Source: a phage. Taken from it: a stretch of 526 bases of DNA. Position numbers and translations under genes: made by a program. Location of the stretch: the sequence record EF517080.1. The stretch is one strand, 5' to 3'. Positions 1 through 526 of the stretch are shown piece after piece. Position 1 is the first letter of the stretch, and every line of letters begins with the position of its first letter. The notes under the pieces are model-generated. The model was not told the DNA's origin, did not search any database, and saw only the letters and a program-made list of their open reading frames with translations.

Positions 1-1
1 G

Positions 2-238
2 GAAGGGGCTCATCCGGTTAAACAGGTTGCTGGCGGTCTAGCTGGTCTGGCTGGTGGTACTGATGAAGCACAGATGGTGGTAGTACCACAAGCTGCCGCA
101 CAGATTGTTGACGTACCTGAGAAAGAGGTTTCCACTGAGGACGAAGCACAGACAGAAAGCGGACGCAAGAAAGCTCGTGCTGGCGGTAAGAAATTCTTGA
201 GTGTAACCCGTAGCTCCGGTGACGGTATCAACATTTAA
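2..238 (+). CDS. 7.3: 5'-truncated CDS (78 codons + TAA) for a T7-like small virion / tail-assembly protein (gp7.3-like); start codon lies upstream of the window
   Basis: Seen in sequence: frame beginning at position 2 is open to the window edge and ends at TAA 236..238. Translation: EGAHPVKQVAGGLAGLAGGTDEAQMVVVPQAAAQIVDVPEKEVSTEDEAQTESGRKKARAGGKKFLSVTRSSGDGINI*. It is followed 2 nt later by a consensus SD and the next gene, typical of tightly packed phage late operons. Identity as gp7.3 is from my recollection of T7 gene order (7.3 then HNH gene 7.7) and protein character, not from an alignment. Confidence 0.75.
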   Translation, partial: EGAHPVKQVAGGLAGLAGGTDEAQMVVVPQAAAQIVDVPEKEVSTEDEAQTESGRKKARAGGKKFLSVTRSSGDGINI

Positions 239-240
239 TC

Positions 241-246
241 AGGAGG
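241..246 (+). promoter_or_regulatory. Shine-Dalgarno ribosome-binding site (AGGAGG) for the downstream HNH gene
   Basis: Seen in sequence: AGGAGG at 241..246, a 5-nt spacer (TTATC, 247..251), then GTG start codon at 252..254. It lies 2 nt after the TAA of the upstream gene, which suggests translational coupling. Confidence 0.75.
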
Positions 247-251
247 TTATC

Positions 252-526
252 GTGGAAAACTGCATTGAATGGACCGGAGGTGTCAACTCTAAGGGTTATG
301 GTCGTAAGTGAGTTAATGGTAAACTTGTGATTCCACATAGGCACATCTATGAGGAGACATATGGTCCAGTTCCAACAGGAATTGTGGTGATGCATATCTG
401 CGATAACCCTAGGTGCTATAACATAAAGCACCTTACGCTTGGAACTCCAAAGGATAATTCCGAGGACATGGTTACCAAAGGTAGACAAGCTAAAAGAGAG
501 GAACTAAGCAAGAAACTTACAGAGTC
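252..526 (+). pseudogene. 7.7: HNH-family homing-endonuclease-like gene (T7 gp7.7-like), GTG start, interrupted by in-frame opal TGA at 309..311; 3'-partial (runs off window)
   Basis: Seen in sequence: GTG 252 opens MENCIEWTGGVNSKGYGRK, then TGA at 309..311. The same frame continues without any stop to position 524: VNGKLVIPHRHIYEETYGPVPTGIVVMHICDNPRCYNIKHLTLGTPKDNSEDMVTKGRQAKREELSKKLTE. Established knowledge: GYG...HR...E..YG.VP.G..V.H.CDN..C.N...HL is the signature of phage HNH (HNH_3-type) endonucleases. Called pseudogene only because of the internal stop; if that stop is a base-call error this is an intact CDS 252..>526. Confidence 0.7.

Noticed and set aside
29-58. Short tandem-like DNA repeat (GCTGG(T/C) units)
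   Set aside because: It is imperfect and lies inside the coding frame, where it is explained by Gly/Ala/Leu codons (GGLAGLAGG). Not a CRISPR, att site or regulatory repeat.
10-234. Minus-strand ORF from the supplied track (74 aa, ATG start)
   Set aside because: It is antisense to a + strand frame that is open across the whole region and is followed by a consensus SD and downstream gene. No SD-like sequence precedes its start on the minus strand (the reverse complement there reads CCTCCT). The predicted protein is Ser/Cys/Ala/Pro-rich low-complexity text typical of a shadow ORF.
309-351. Selenocysteine recoding of the TGA via a downstream SECIS hairpin
   Set aside because: The only nearby hairpin candidate (CATAG 336..340 pairing with CTATG 347..351, 6-nt loop) is a weak, AT-rich 5-bp stem, wrongly spaced and unlike bacterial SECIS elements. 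Selenocysteine in an HNH endonuclease at a probable Trp position is biologically implausible.
228-488. Minus-strand ORF from the supplied track (86 aa)
   Set aside because: It begins at a TTG on the minus strand, has no recognisable RBS, and is antisense to the + strand frame that encodes a clear HNH endonuclease motif. The + strand signal explains the open frame as a shadow.
252-526. Alternative genetic code with TGA as Trp (table 4-like host)
   Set aside because: The consensus AGGAGG SD, about 47% GC overall and T7-like gene organisation point to an enterobacterial-type host using the standard code. A single TGA in this short window is insufficient to infer reassignment; it would need genome-wide in-frame TGA counts.
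1-526. T7-type promoter, sigma70 promoter, RNase III site or intrinsic terminator in the window
   Set aside because: No match to the T7 promoter consensus (TAATACGACTCACTATAGGGAGA), no convincing -35/-10 pair, and no GC-rich hairpin followed by a T-tract on either strand. The 13-nt intergenic gap leaves no room for such elements.

Overview
This window looks like the gene 7.3 / gene 7.7 junction of a T7-like podovirus; all real coding is on the + strand, and both ORFs in the supplied track are antisense shadows. (1) Positions 2..238 hold the 3' part of an ORF that is open to the window edge (78 codons plus TAA), encoding a Gly/Ala-rich, then acidic, then basic C-terminus consistent with the small virion/tail-assembly protein gp7.3. 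(2) After a 13-nt spacer with a consensus AGGAGG Shine-Dalgarno, a GTG-initiated gene for an HNH-family homing-endonuclease-like protein (gp7.7-like) runs off the 3' edge. The main observation is that this HNH reading frame is interrupted after 19 codons by an in-frame TGA (309..311), with the same frame then open for 71 more codons through the conserved HNH core (HICDNPRCYNIKHL). That is one transition away from TGG (Trp), so it is either a nonsense-inactivated selfish endonuclease gene, a sequencing error, or a leaky opal codon. I see no evidence of a novel multi-gene system: no CRISPR array, RNA gene, T7 promoter or terminator. The T7 assignment is from recognition of gene order and protein motifs, not from an alignment.
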